Shown here: one piece after another, positions 44,290 to 60,636 of the stretch
How positions within the stretch are numbered: position 1 is the first letter of the stretch
Layout: every line of letters begins with the position of its first letter
Assembly: GCA_964016885.1 (NCBI GenBank)
Contig: OZ024762.1
Location: 9,238,001 to 9,302,000 of the forward strand
Length of the DNA stretch: 64,000 bases
From: Eledone cirrhosa
Lineage: Eukaryota
Direction of reading: 5' to 3'
The notes under the pieces: generated by a model
Told to the model about the DNA's origin: nothing
What the model saw: the letters and a program-made list of their open reading frames with translations, nothing else
Databases searched by the model: none
Translations under genes and position numbers: made by a program

Positions 44290-44486
44290 AGAATTAGTAA
44301 ATTTGTATTCCAATGTTACTAAGTAGTTGCATTGGATGGAGTCAACCGACGTCGGATATTGCTCAACGTATAATAAAGTGTTTTAAAATCTGGAGAAAAT
44401 ATGAAGAAAAAGTTTATGAAATGGAAATGCGGGTATAAAGAATTTTTAAGAAATTCTTTATACCCGCATTTCCATTTCATAAACTT
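44290..44486. repeat. Fold-back element with 36-bp perfect arms (44410-44486) plus a unique tail
   Basis: Palindrome around loop TTAAG; flanked by (TA)n and (TC)n. Confidence 0.85.
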
Positions 44487-44764
44487 CTTCTCTCTCTCTA
44501 TATATATATATATTTAAAAGAATAGAGGTGTAACACACGAGTTATGATATATTGGTAAAAGGAAAAGAAAATGCTGACAAATTGTTCCCAGTGAAAAATA
44601 GTTTAATTAGGAATAAGTAAAAATTAGTAATAGTATTGGTTAGTATTCAGTTTTGGTTTTAAGTTTTACCGGTTGCGCATTTCTAATGCTTTTCAAAAAT
44701 AATTTTGAGATAGAGCGCCCGTGATGTTTGCTCTAATCTGATTAGTTTTAGAATTTCTACCTGT

Positions 44765-44866
<102 letters not shown>

Positions 44867-44980
44867 GTTATATTTAATTTGTTGGGAAACAACAAGCTAA
44901 AATATCCAGGAACCTCCAACCGGTAAGGTTGCATTTTTTCAGGGTATGTCAATATTTATTTATAAAACTAATCTCTATTA

Positions 44981-45046
44981 TATTTTATCTGATGAAAGCG
45001 CCCCATAATCTACCTTGGGGTCCCTTAAAATATGTATAATGAAATA
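44981..45046 (+). ncRNA. Family C hammerhead with a core mutation (GAAA>AAAA); element 44862-45080
   Basis: tattttat CTGATGA aagc gcccca taatctacct tggggt ccctt AAAA tatgta TA atgaaata. Confidence 0.65.
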
Positions 45047-45077
45047 AATATCGTTTTATAAATATAGTTTCCATTTG

Positions 45078-45146
<69 letters not shown>

Positions 45147-45319
45147 GTATATATATATATGTATATATATATATGTATATATAATATATATAAGATCAAA
45201 AGATGGTTAAAAGAGTTCCATGTATACTCCAGTCCTACAAACTGTAGAGTGCTTCTTATCCGATATCTGCATTGCTTTATTGTACTACAATAAAACTCAC
45301 CTCCTACATTATATGTATA

Positions 45320-45359
<40 letters not shown>

Positions 45360-45423
45360 TGAGAGAGTGGGACAGAGAAAGATGTGTATACAAATAGTTA
45401 GATAGATAGATTGCTAAATATAT

Positions 45424-45476
<53 letters not shown>

Positions 45477-45498
45477 GGCAGGCAGGCAGGCAGGCAGG

Positions 45499-45542
<44 letters not shown>

Positions 45543-45945
45543 CTGTTGTTACCTAACGTACGAAATTGGAGTTAGTGGGTAAAACATAGATGAATTGTGT
45601 CACGCAGTCGTGATGAAGCGAACTCTCCCGTCGGAGGAGGAAAGAAAGAGAGAGTCAACCACATTGTTATCAAACTGTAATAGTTCAATATCTGGCGTTC
45701 TCCAGGAATATAAAGGTTAACTAAAGCGGCGTGGTTCGATTCCTATTGATTCTGCACCTCTTTTGTTTTTTTCGTTTTTCGTTTCGTTTCGTTTTGTCAT
45801 TTTTTAGCTGTCGCCATTTTGTACCATTTCCAAGTGATGAATATCTGAGAAGAATGACATATATAAAATATATTTGTTTTGTGAGGATGAGGTCCAATAT
45901 ATATATATATATATATTTACATATATATATATATATATGTATATA

Positions 45946-46009
<64 letters not shown>

Positions 46010-46047
46010 ATGAAAGCAGCGATTCTTACTTAAACTTTAATCTGTTA

Positions 46048-46085
<38 letters not shown>

Positions 46086-46159
46086 CATGTGTGTATGTGT
46101 ATATATATGTATATACGCACATACATATGAATATATATATATATATATGTATATATATG

Positions 46160-46206
<47 letters not shown>

Positions 46207-46231
46207 ATATATATATATGTATATAAATGTA

Positions 46232-46273
<42 letters not shown>

Positions 46274-46300
46274 ATATATATATGTGTGTATATATATGTA

Positions 46301-46364
<64 letters not shown>

Positions 46365-46410
46365 GTAATATATATATATATATATATATATGTGTATGTG
46401 TATATATATG

Positions 46411-46466
<56 letters not shown>

Positions 46467-46494
46467 ATATATATTATATATATATATATATATA

Positions 46495-46613
<119 letters not shown>

Positions 46614-46719
46614 AAGATATGAATGAAACTGTGTTCGGTGGGGAGCATCTTACATCCTGAATCATGCCTTCTTTCTCTCTCTTGATAAATCTCTCACTCT
46701 CTCTCTCTATCTCTCTCTC

Positions 46720-46807
<88 letters not shown>

Positions 46808-46823
46808 ATATATATAATATATT

Positions 46824-47026
46824 TATTTATTGTATAGAAGGAGCTTCTACAGGACTAGTACTGTTTCATTCAGATGAAATCTTCAGGAACAGCTTCCTGA
46901 AGATTTCATCTGAATGAAACAGTACTAGTCCTGTAGAAGCTCCTTCTATACAATAAATATATTTTACTCTGCCATGTATTGAGTACCTTACTTACTGTGG
47001 TTATCCCCGACTCAACCGGGACCTAC

Positions 47027-47028
<2 letters not shown>
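46824..47028 (+). mobile_element. Family D fold-back mini-element (arms 46824-46959)
   Basis: Perfect inverted repeat centred on GGAA-cagc-TTCC; unique tail to ~47028; (TA)n flanks. Confidence 0.9.
46891..46941 (+). ncRNA. Type I hammerhead ribozyme motif (family D)
   Basis: agcttc CTGAAGA t ttca tc tgaa t GAAA CAG tactagtc CTG TA gaagct; palindromic ACTAGT in loop III. Confidence 0.75.
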
Positions 47029-47083
<55 letters not shown>

Positions 47084-47139
47084 CATATATATATATATGC
47101 GTATATATATATATGCGTATATATATATACATGTATATA

Positions 47140-47213
<74 letters not shown>

Positions 47214-47285
47214 TCTATTTATCTATTTATTTATACGTATATATATATACACGTATTTATAAATATATATATATATACACACACA

Positions 47286-47321
<36 letters not shown>

Positions 47322-47398
47322 TATATATTTATCTATTTATTTATACGTATATATATATACACGTATTTATAAATATATATATAGATACACACACAAAC

Positions 47399-47476
<78 letters not shown>

Positions 47477-48026
47477 CATACATGCCTCTGTATATGTGTC
47501 TGTGTGTCTCAGTCTTTATATATATCTAACTATATCTCTAGCTATGGTTCCTAAACTTCTTTTGTCTTTTTCTCAACATCTACTTGAGAACAAGTAAAAA
47601 TATTTAGCCACACTTTGTACTTAAATTCGAAAATTTTATTCAAAAGAAATATTTATATCCGAGTATATTATCCTAGCATAAAGTAGAAATATAGATGATT
47701 AGAAATATACTAAAATTGTATGTACTTTAGTCAATAAATATGGTTATAACATGAATAAGAAGCATGCAGTGGTGGTTGTTTGTTTGTTTGTTGCGTCGTC
47801 TGTTTCTGTTTTTGTTTTGGTGTTGTTGTTTGTGGTGTTGGTGGTGCTGGTGGTGCTGGTGGTGGTGGTGGTGGTGGTGGTGGTGGTGGTGGTGGTGTTG
47901 TTGTTGTTTGTGGTGGTGGTGGTAGTGGTGTTTTTGGCAGTGTTTTTGTTAGGTGTATGCGTCTATGTGGATACATGCATATATATGAATGTGTATGTAT
48001 GTATATATACATATATATAAATACAC

Positions 48027-48069
<43 letters not shown>

Positions 48070-48464
48070 ACACACACACACCATATATATATATATATAT
48101 CACAGGCATATATTGAGTTAGAAACTCAAAATAGTCTCTTACAATAAATTAGCTCTAGGAAAGAGATTTTTCCGAGCCGTATAATATAACTGAACAAAAA
48201 AGAAAAACGAACACAGACATATACATATAGGTGTTCAAATCGTAAGGGACCAGATTCTATATATATATATATATATATATCCACGTAGAAACATATGTAA
48301 TATGTTAATAAATTGTGGTTTGATACATTACTGATTCCTCGTTATCTATAATAATATACTCTGCTCTGCGCGAGCATCGAGTGCTCAACCGACATACCGC
48401 CTACGGACGCATTTACTTGCAACCCTACAAATATATATATGTGAGAAAAAACCCTTCATCTCAA

Positions 48465-48508
48465 CTCTACTTTTGAAAAGCACAAGAACTGCGAAACCGG
48501 TAAAGGAA
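48465..48508 (+). ncRNA. Hammerhead-like motif, U3-A8 variant (family B, element 48441-48636)
   Basis: Core identical to 11404-11447. Confidence 0.65.
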
Positions 48509-48698
48509 CCAAATAAATATATATTTTTTTAAAAAAGACTCCATTTGCTTTTTCGATTTCATCTTTTTTCCTTATACTTTCACTTGTGTAGGACACCTCG
48601 TTTTTTTTCGTTTTGTAAAAAGACCTCACTTTCTAATATATATATATATATCTATATCAGGATATAAAATGGCGAGCTGGGTACGAACTCCGATTCAG

Positions 48699-48739
48699 TC
48701 TTTCTGACGACGGGATTTTAGACCCGAAATATTAAGAGA
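48699..48739 (+). ncRNA. Minimal type I hammerhead ribozyme motif (singleton family, element ~48655-48840)
   Basis: tcttt CTGACGA c GGG attttaga CCC GAAA tat TA agaga. Confidence 0.7.
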
Positions 48740-48987
48740 GGTAAACAAAATAACAGGTGACACACTAACGTCTTCGTTGCTTTCAATTTATTCCGGAATT
48801 TTGTATAGTTGTCGCCTTTAAACACATACTGCCAATAAATATATATATATAATGTATGCAAAAGTTCTATTTAAATTGTTGGGATACAACAAGCAAATAT
48901 TTTTATAACTGATATAAACCACTCAACAAGTATTTAGAGTAAACATACGATATGAACAAATGAAAACTATATTTATAAAACCATATT

Positions 48988-49052
48988 TATTTCATTATAC
49001 ATATTTCAAGGACACCAAGTTAAATTATGGTGTGCTTTCATCAGACAAAATA
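48988..49052 (-). ncRNA. Type I hammerhead ribozyme motif (family C)
   Basis: Near-exact reverse complement of 49211-49275. Confidence 0.75.
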
Positions 49053-49210
49053 TAATATAGATCAGTTTTATAAATAAATATTGACATACCTTTAAAAAAT
49101 ACAACCATTACTGTTGGAAGCATCCGGATAGCTATCCGGAAGCTTCCAACAGTAATGGTTGCATTTTTTAAAGGTATGTCAATATTTATTTATAAAACTG
49201 ATCTATATTA

Positions 49211-49275
49211 TATTTTGTCTGATGAAAGCACACCATAATTTAACTTGGTGTCCTTGAAATATATATAATGAAATA
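49211..49275 (+). ncRNA. Type I hammerhead ribozyme motif (family C)
   Basis: tattttgt CTGATGA aag c acacca taatttaact tggtgt c ctt GAAA tatata TA atgaaata. Confidence 0.75.
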
Positions 49276-49429
49276 AATATGGTTTTATAAATATAGTTTC
49301 CATTTGTTAATATCATATATATAATGTATATATTTTATCAAATGATTCTATGGAGATGCTTTATTGTATATATATATATATATATATATCTCAAAACTTT
49401 CTGCAGCGTCTATCTTATGACGTCTTATG

Positions 49430-49482
49430 AGTTCGGATTTAGCTCTTGAAACGGCCGGAGGTCAGCTATCGGGGTCCTGACT
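49430..49482 (+). mobile_element. Diverged family A fragment
   Basis: AGTTCGGATTTAGCTCTT GAAA CGGCCggaggtcAGCTA TC GGGGTCCTGAC. Confidence 0.6.
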
Positions 49483-49484
49483 AT

Positions 49485-49601
<117 letters not shown>

Positions 49602-50401
49602 GAGAGGGGACGGAGAGAGTGTGAAGTTGAAGGGCAGGAAAATGCGAAATGGACGAACAAGGAAATAATATGCCACACACAACACCAATCACAACTACTA
49701 CCACAGCTGCCACAACAGCTACCACCACAACTACTACAACCACACCACCACCACAACACTACACCACCACAACTACCACCTATACAACCACTTCATCTCC
49801 CAGTATGTTAATTAGCCTGTTTACGTCATTAGCATTGGTTGTAAATGTTAAAACTATTTGAGACGTTATTAATATTTCACAGATCGTCTGTTACTGCTGG
49901 AGCAGTTGCTGGTGTATAATTTGTTTATGTCGTGAAACACTGTATATTGATGTATGTATATATATGTGTGTATATATATATATCTATGTATATATGTATG
50001 TGTATATATATATATATGTGTGTATATATATATATATGTGTGTGTGTATGTATATATATATAAATATATATATATATAAATGAAAAATAGCGAGCTGTGT
50101 TGTTCCAAATAGGATATATATAATCATTTATTATATATATATATATATATATTTGTATATGTATATATAAATATTTGTTTATATATTTGTATATGTATAT
50201 ATAAATATTTGTTTATATATTTGTATATGTATATATAAATATTTGTTTATATATGTGTATATTTCTATATATACATGTCAATATATATGTATATTTATAT
50301 TCGTATATATATATGTATATTTATATATATACATCTATACATATATGTGTTTATATATTTATTTGTATATATATACATGTATATAGATGTATATATATAT
50401 A

Positions 50402-50454
<53 letters not shown>

Positions 50455-50529
50455 ATATATACATGTATATATATATATTTGTATAAATACATGTATATAA
50501 TCTATCTATATATATATTTGTATATACAC

Positions 50530-50560
<31 letters not shown>

Positions 50561-50998
50561 ACAATCTCATTTACCTCAACTAGAACGTAAACAAATCTAA
50601 ACCAGACGCATACTAACCACAAACTCAGTCAGACGTAAACCACAAACCTACAATCAAAAACCATACTCCACCCCCTACCCCACACCACCACACCACACCG
50701 CACCCCACCAAACCCCTTGCAGATAGTGCAGCAGTCATAAACAAAATTCAAACATGTCCTTGAAAACCCTATCCCCCAACCCTTGAAGCCATACAACAAA
50801 CAACCTGCTTTAATTATTGGTAATGCGACGACGAATGTCATTAAGCTGCAACCGTTCTATTACATAGTTTCTATATTCCTCTGCGGTGACGATATTCCTA
50901 CTATATCTAATAGATAAACTAATAATATATTTCTTCATTGTACTGTGTCGTTTGCTGCTTTGAAATTTCTGTTTGCCTTTTGCATATATATATATATG

Positions 50999-51075
<77 letters not shown>

Positions 51076-51078
<3 letters not shown>

Positions 51079-51198
51079 AAAAGAGTCGGGACCCCAATGG
51101 CCGGAACTCAGCCGTCGTGGTCCTGACTCTTTTCATATTACCCACTCTACTACCCTAAGTATCGAGTACTCTGGTGCGTTATGGTCCACCTGGTTCCT

Positions 51199-51200
<2 letters not shown>
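51076..51200 (+). mobile_element. Family A element whose inverted arm is centred on HHR helix III
   Basis: AAAGAGTCGGGACC..ATGGC cggaactca GCCGT..GGTCCTGACTCTTT followed by the family A tail. Confidence 0.8.
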
Positions 51201-51229
<29 letters not shown>

Positions 51230-51263
51230 TTATACATATATATATATATGTATATATATATTT

Positions 51264-51327
<64 letters not shown>

Positions 51328-51329
<2 letters not shown>

Positions 51330-51443
51330 AAGGCGGGTAAAATTCCCGAGATCCATGGACGAGTTCTCTCCAGCGGTCTCTGTCCCTCATTATCGCTGCC
51401 ATATCCTGCATCTCCAACAGACCAGTGTCTGTCCTTAGGGCAT

Positions 51444-51445
<2 letters not shown>
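51328..51445 (-). mobile_element. RTE-type LINE 3' end matching 19404-19522
   Basis: Reverse-complement match by eye. Confidence 0.85.
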
Positions 51446-51525
<80 letters not shown>

Positions 51526-51849
51526 GGGTGGCTTCTACAGTACTAGAACTGTTTGATTCGGGAGAAATCACCAGGAAACAGACTGTCCAAGTAATATGGT
51601 GGTATTTATACCTTTTCCTTCTGATGGTAGGAGAGCGTGGTGATTGGGATGGCTGGAGGTCATTGGTTGATGGATTTAAAGAAAAGGGAATTCTTTAAAA
51701 ACTATATTTAGAGAAACAAAGACAGAGTATTATCCATTTAATTATTTGTCACCAATATACAGAACATCTCAATGACAAGATCGCTAAAATATATCTAATT
51801 CAGAGAATCATTCACAAAAAAGAATCATTGAGAAAAAACGTCTGCAAAG

Positions 51850-51889
51850 TTACCGACCGTTACCGACCGTTACCGACTGTTACCGACAG
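51850..51889. repeat. 10-bp tandem repeat TTACCGAC(C/T/A)G x4
   Basis: Visible. Confidence 0.9.
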
Positions 51890-52044
51890 ATAGTGTAAGA
51901 GAAGAGCTATCTAGTTCAAGAAAACGTCACTTCCATCTATTCTCTGACTCCATATCTAAACTATAATAAAGGAAGGTCTGCGGGACTGCGTAAGGGTTTT
52001 TTTTTTTATCCCGTTTGTAAAATAAGTTGGATTACTTTGAATAA

Positions 52045-52221
52045 ATAATTGTTTCTACATTTGGCACAAGGCCAGCAATTACCCAGTACATTACTGGTAC
52101 TTTATTTTATCGACCCCGTAAGGATGAAAGGCAAAGTTAACCTCGGTGGGATTTGAACTCAGAATGGCAAGGGCCGTAACTCTATGCGTCAAAGCATGGC
52201 GTCCGACCCTCTACCGATACT
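52045..52221 (-). mobile_element. Nin/Deu-type SINE
   Basis: Reverse complement nearly identical to 16883-17072. Confidence 0.9.
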
Positions 52222-52810
52222 ATGAATGAATATTACATAATTTATCGACTAAATTTCGAAAACAAAAATAATTTCGTAAAAATAAATAATTTAAAATTGA
52301 CTTCTTTTCAAAGTTGCACTTCCGGTATATCGTTGCCACCACCACCACCACTTCAACTACCATATATATGGAAAGAGAGAGTGTGTGATGTCAACACTTC
52401 CGGTGGCGATCACTTAAATAAACATACTAATTTTCTGTCACTAATTTTCTCCTAATGCAGTTTATATATAATATCGTCTTTTTTTTATGCATAATGGATT
52501 ACGTTACTGATTACATAAGACAGTGTAACACAGTCTTCGTTCAATTTCTGTTTATATTGTCAATTACGATTTTATTTGATGTATCATATCTACATGTATA
52601 TATACCTGCGTATAATATCAATATACACGCTATACATGGTAGCAGAAAACCACCCGTGGGGTGGTTTTTCTGCTAGTATATATAATTAAGGGTGGAGTAC
52701 TCATGAGTATGGGAAGATAATCACTGTTAATAAAAGTACTTAATATGTTGGTAGAGTAGAGCTATCTGTATTATATATTGGAAGGAATTTTACAGGACTC
52801 CAAATATCTC

Positions 52811-52851
<41 letters not shown>

Positions 52852-52855
<4 letters not shown>

Positions 52856-53042
52856 AACAAGTAAGACCCCGACGGCTGAGCTGAAGCCGTTTCGACGGCT
52901 AATTCTGGACTGAATTAGCCGTCGAAACGGCTTGAGCTCAGCCGTCGGGGTCTTACTTGTTCCTATTACCCACTCTACTACCCTAAGTATTGAGTACTTT
53001 GGTGCGTTATGGTCCACCTGGTTCCTTACCACATTTCCTTCG

Positions 53043-53044
<2 letters not shown>
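52852..53044 (+). mobile_element. Family A fold-back element
   Basis: Arms 52851-52905 and 52912-52966 around loop TGGACT; family A tail. Confidence 0.9.
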
Positions 53045-53076
<32 letters not shown>

Positions 53077-53199
53077 GTATGAATATGCATGTATGTATAT
53101 TTATATATATATGTCTGTGTGTGTATGTATATAGGTATTTATATATGCGTGTGTATGTATATGCATGTATGTATATATACGTGTGTATATATATACATG

Positions 53200-53240
<41 letters not shown>

Positions 53241-53328
53241 TCATGTGTGTGTGTGCGCGCGCATGCCTTAGTGTGTCTTTGTGTATGTCTACAAACATTT
53301 TTGTCTCTGTCTCTTTCACGCACACACA

Positions 53329-53393
<65 letters not shown>

Positions 53394-53525
53394 CACATAC
53401 ATACACAGAGAGGGAGAGAGGAGGAGAGTGACAGACAGACAGGAAGAGAGATGAAGAGAGAGAGAGAAACAAAATGGCGCCTTTGATCTAGCGTCTATAT
53501 GACTCTGTGTCTGAATTGTATTATT

Positions 53526-53665
<140 letters not shown>

Positions 53666-53799
53666 CATACATATATTTGTATATTCACACACACATATAT
53701 ATTTATACCTATATATGAACATGCATGTGTGTGTGTACGCGCATCTATAGGTCTAGGTATCAATATATTGCTATATATATATAATATATATTTAGAATG

Positions 53800-53831
<32 letters not shown>

Positions 53832-53980
53832 GTATATATGTAGTATGTATATATATAGTATATATGTAGTATGTGTAGAATGTATGTGTGTGTATAAATC
53901 TTCAGATTCAGTAGTTTATCATTAAAGTGTTCCACTTCACTGAATGTTTGCCTCTCAGTTACATCACAAACACGCACACT

Positions 53981-54073
<93 letters not shown>

Positions 54074-54117
54074 ATATATATATATATGTATGTATATATA
54101 TATATGTACATGTACAT

Positions 54118-54150
<33 letters not shown>

Positions 54151-54246
54151 CATATTTATACATATATGCGCATGTGTATGAGTATACATATATATATATA
54201 TGTATAAATATGTATGTATATGTCTATATCTATCTATTTATCTATG

Positions 54247-54303
<57 letters not shown>

Positions 54304-54400
54304 ATTTATCTATGTATTTATATGTATATTTTTATAGAGAGAGATATGTGTTGTTATGCATTTACATATTTATGCATATATACACATATATACATAATTA

Positions 54401-54436
<36 letters not shown>

Positions 54437-54670
54437 TGCATGCATGTATGTATGTATGTATGTATGTATGTATGTATGTATGTATGTATGTATGCATGTA
54501 TAAACACGTATATCTCTCATTTAAATGCAATTAACAAATTAATCCGCGTGTTATATCCACAATCATATAGACATATTATATTATATAATGTTATATATAT
54601 ACATGTATATATATATATATATGTATACACATACACACACACACACACACAAACACACACATTTATATAT

Positions 54671-54751
<81 letters not shown>

Positions 54752-55049
54752 ATATATATATATATATACATACATACTGTTTATATAAATTCGTTGAGCA
54801 CTCTCATACATCTTTGTGTCGTAATGTATTACTTGCGGTGATTTAGAAATTATTTATATATTTAAATGTATATATATATATATATTAAATATAAATTTGA
54901 ATAAATATATATATATATTTATTCAAATATATATATATATATGTATTCATATATATATATTTGTTCAAATATATATACATATGTATTCATATATATATAT
55001 TTAAATAAATGTATATATATATTTATATATTTGAATAAATAAAAAATAA

Positions 55050-55098
<49 letters not shown>

Positions 55099-55306
55099 CA
55101 TATATATATACATACACACACACATTTATGCATATAAAAACATACACACACTCACGTATATATATATATATATATATTGACTATATGTTGGTTGTTTATA
55201 TATATATATACACACTTTTAAATATATATACATATATATACACACACACATATATATATATGTTTAAATATATATATATATATAAACACACACTCACACA
55301 CACACG

Positions 55307-55412
<106 letters not shown>

Positions 55413-55510
55413 TATATACATATATATACATATATATACACACACACATATATATATATATGTTTAAATATATATATATATAAACACACACTCACACACA
55501 CACGTATATG

Positions 55511-55576
<66 letters not shown>

Positions 55577-56294
55577 TATATAAATATATATAAACAACAG
55601 CAACAACAGCAACAACAACAACACCAATACACTAAACACGGGGAAACAGCCAAACCACCAGAAGACACCACGTCAGAAGACATTTTATGCTTATTCCTGA
55701 AATAAACAAGTCGACAACGTGAATCATCAGTTGAAAAGATTTTATTTACAAATTTTCTTTTCAATATTTTTCCTTCATTTTTTTTCCTTTCCTTTATCGT
55801 CTCCTTTTCTCTCATTCTTTCTTTTTATTTCGTTTTCTTCATTCAATTTTTTTTTAGTTTTTTTTTTTAGTTGGTTTTTTTTTTTCTTACATTCTCTTCT
55901 TCATCGTCTGCAATTTCTAACTTTTCTTTTCATCTAAATCTATTATCCTTATTATTATTATCATTACGATTTGTTGTTGTTGTTGTTGTTGTTATTATTG
56001 TTGTTGTTGTCTTCAAATTGTTGTTGTTGTTGTTGTTGTTATTATTGTTGTTGATGTCTTAAATTGTTGTTGTTGTTCTTATTATTGTTGTTGATGTCTT
56101 AAATTATTATTGTTATTATTGTTGTTGATGTCTTAAGTTGTTATTATTATTATTATTATTGTTGTTGTTATTATTATTATTATTAATATTATTATTATTA
56201 TTGTTGTTGTTGTCTTCAAATTATTGTTGTTACTACTACTTGTTTGCCCCTGTGCCAAATATAAAGAAATAATAATAATATTATTGTTATTATT

Positions 56295-56332
<38 letters not shown>

Positions 56333-56777
56333 TTTGCTTTGTCTTCTTTTTCTTCTTCGTTTTCTTCTTTTCCTTCTTTTTCTTCTTCCTCCTCTTCTTC
56401 TTCTCGATCATTCACAGATACACCCAGCCGTCTATACCATCCACCACCCATCCACCCCTTCCACCAGCCAGCCACCCCATCCACCCAGCCATCCAGCCAA
56501 TCTTCCTTCATCTGGCCCCTATCTCCAGCCACTACACTATTCACTACCTCAGCCGCCGCTACCCTCAATACGACTGTCTATATGCATGGCAGCTATTCCT
56601 GCATGTTGTCACCCCCACTCCCACCCTCACCCCTGCACCACCGCTACCACCGTCATCATCATCATCATCATTAAGGGTTACTCTCTCTTTCTCTCTCTCT
56701 TTCTCCACCCCCATGAAACCACAACTGTTGCACCCAGCACACAGACACACATATATCTGTATACACACAAGTGCGCG

Positions 56778-56832
<55 letters not shown>

Positions 56833-56874
56833 GATATAAAATATATATATATACATGTATATATATAATATAAG

Positions 56875-56906
<32 letters not shown>

Positions 56907-57030
56907 GATATCAAAAATATATATATATACATGTATATATATATATAATGTAAGTTATAAATATATATATGATTATATATATATATGTGTGTCTGTGTGT
57001 ATGTATGTGGGTGTGTATGCATATATAGGC

Positions 57031-57099
<69 letters not shown>

Positions 57100-57578
57100 C
57101 ATATATATATATATGTATATATATATATATGTATGTATATATATATATGAATGCATATATGTATGCATATGTATGTATGCATATGTATGTATGCATATGT
57201 ATGTATGCATGATATAATGGAGTAACCTCCCTTTAAGAGCTAGCGATGTCTTCGCCACCGTCGCCACCATCACCACCAACGACTGCAACAGCGCGGCGAT
57301 GGCGGCGGCGGCGACGAATCTAAAGCTAGTTTGATTACGTCACGCCCGGACTGACTTCAACAGTGGAATATGTGTCGTAAACATGGTGAGCCGATGACGG
57401 GTTGAACACGGACACTCAAGAGAAAGAAAATATATTATTAGGAGTAAGAAATATATGTGTGTGTGTGTGCGTGCGTGTATGTATGTGTGTGTATGTGTGT
57501 GTTTGTGTGTGTGTGTGTATGTGTGCGTATACATGTGTGTGTATATTTTATATATATATATATATATATATGTATACA

Positions 57579-57630
<52 letters not shown>

Positions 57631-57659
57631 TAAAGAAATTGCGAAACAAATATAATTAG

Positions 57660-57734
<75 letters not shown>

Positions 57735-57769
57735 CTATATATATATATAGAGAGAGAGAGATATATATA

Positions 57770-57846
<77 letters not shown>

Positions 57847-57934
57847 AGATATAGATATTTATATATATACATATACATGCATATATCTATATATATATGT
57901 ATATATACATGTATATATGTATGCATATATTATA

Positions 57935-58140
<206 letters not shown>

Positions 58141-58275
58141 GATAACAAAACCATATAAAGAACTTCGTGAGCTCCGAAAAATGGACGGAATTCGACTGTA
58201 AACAAGTTGACCAAAAATCTTTCTTGCAATACTGCAAGGACAAAAGAAACAAAATATGATCGAAAGGGTTATATA

Positions 58276-58335
<60 letters not shown>

Positions 58336-58592
58336 AATATATATGTATATATATACATATATATGTATATATATATACATATATATATATATATACATAT
58401 ATATATACATATGTATATATATATATACATATATGTGTATATATATATATATATATACATACATATATATAAATGTATATATATACATATATATAAATAT
58501 ATATATATACATATATATAAATATATATATATACATATATATAAATATATATATATACATATATATATACATATATATATATACATATACAT

Positions 58593-58623
<31 letters not shown>

Positions 58624-58716
58624 TATATACATATATACATACATATATATATACACACAACCATATGTCTATACATAGTGTATGGTTGACTGTTTATGTA
58701 CATGCGTTAAATGAAA

Positions 58717-58802
<86 letters not shown>

Positions 58803-59175
58803 CTATATTGAATGAAAGGAGGAAGGAAGAAAAGAAGGAAAAAAGTAATGAATAAATAGGGAATGATTTCGCTAATTCTAGGATACAGGCTTTGTTTGGG
58901 ACGAGGAAAGAATGAAAAAAATAAGAAAAAAAAATGTCTGAAAACTAACTCAGAGAGACAAATAATGCCTTTATTACCTCCCCTTACAGTACTCTCTATT
59001 TTTCTCTATCTATCCATCTGTGTGTCTGTCTGTCTATCTATTTATCTATCTATCTATCTTGTAATGTCCCATTTTTGTACGCCCCTGAGGCAAATAAAGA
59101 AATATATCTCTCGATCTATCTGTTTACCTATCTATATACCTATCTATATACCTATCTATATACCTATCTATATAC

Positions 59176-59218
<43 letters not shown>

Positions 59219-59365
59219 CGTATCTCTCTATCTACGTATCTACCTATCTAACTTTCACTCTCTCTCTTAATCTATCTGTCTATCCACCTATATTATCTTT
59301 TCCCTTCTTTCTCTTTCGCTCTCTTTCCCTCTCTCTCACACACTCTCTCGCTCGTCCGCTCTCTT

Positions 59366-59446
<81 letters not shown>

Positions 59447-60177
59447 TAAGTATCTATCTCTCTCTCTCTATGTATATATATAGTTATGTTAGCCTGACTG
59501 CGTATGTGTGTATATGAAGTATGACTGTATAAAACAGTATGAATGTGCGTATGTGTATATATATATATGTGTGTATGTACTATGTACGTATGTGTGTGTG
59601 TGTGTGTGTGTGTGTATTATGTATGTATATATCAAGTATGACTATGAAAGTATGAAGGTGTGTATGTGTATGTGCGTATTTGTGTGTGTGTTTATGAATG
59701 TGTATGTATGTATGTATCTATATGTATGTGTGTGTATGCGTATGTATGTATGTGAGTATGTATATGGATGTGTGTGTATGTTCTTTGTTATCGATCATCA
59801 ATACACATATATTCAATCAAACATACATAATTGCATTCATTGATTGATGTAAAAAATATAAATCACACATACATATACACACACATACATACACACACAC
59901 ACTCACACACATACGAATGTACACACACGCATACGTACACACACAGGCATACACATACGAACGTACACACACATACGAATGTAGACACACACACATACGA
60001 ACGTACACACACGCACATACATACACACGCCAACACATCTAAATTCACATCTTTATACCTATACATGCATATATACACACAAACACATACATACATCTAT
60101 ACACACATATATGCATACATACCATACATACATATATAGATAAATGCATATATACATACATATATACATATACATAC

Positions 60178-60313
<136 letters not shown>

Positions 60314-60385
60314 TACAGATACATACATACGTACAATCACTGTTTATCTACCTGACAATCAATATATACATCGATCATATACACA

Positions 60386-60455
<70 letters not shown>

Positions 60456-60636
60456 CATAGTCCAACTCTTGCTAGCAGAGACAACGGATGTTAAACGATA
60501 ATGATGATAATAATATTAATAATATAAGAGATATAAGAGAAGTCAACATCAATGGACCTGTTTTTTTTTATCTAAAGACATTTTTTTCCAATTCCAACCC
60601 ACCCGTCCCCTTCAATCTATCTCATTTCTCATTCTT

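Larger units (their letters stand above)
48858..49312. mobile_element. Family C fold-back element with ~175-bp arms (48955-49308)
   Basis: Inverted repeat centred on TCCGGATAGCTATCCGGA (axis 49131/49132). Confidence 0.9.

Noticed and set aside
45600-45890. Two exon-like segments (MKRTLPSEEERK...; [15 protein letters not shown]...)
   Set aside because: Short, unrecognisable peptides with weak donors and incompatible phases; cannot be supported without RNA data.
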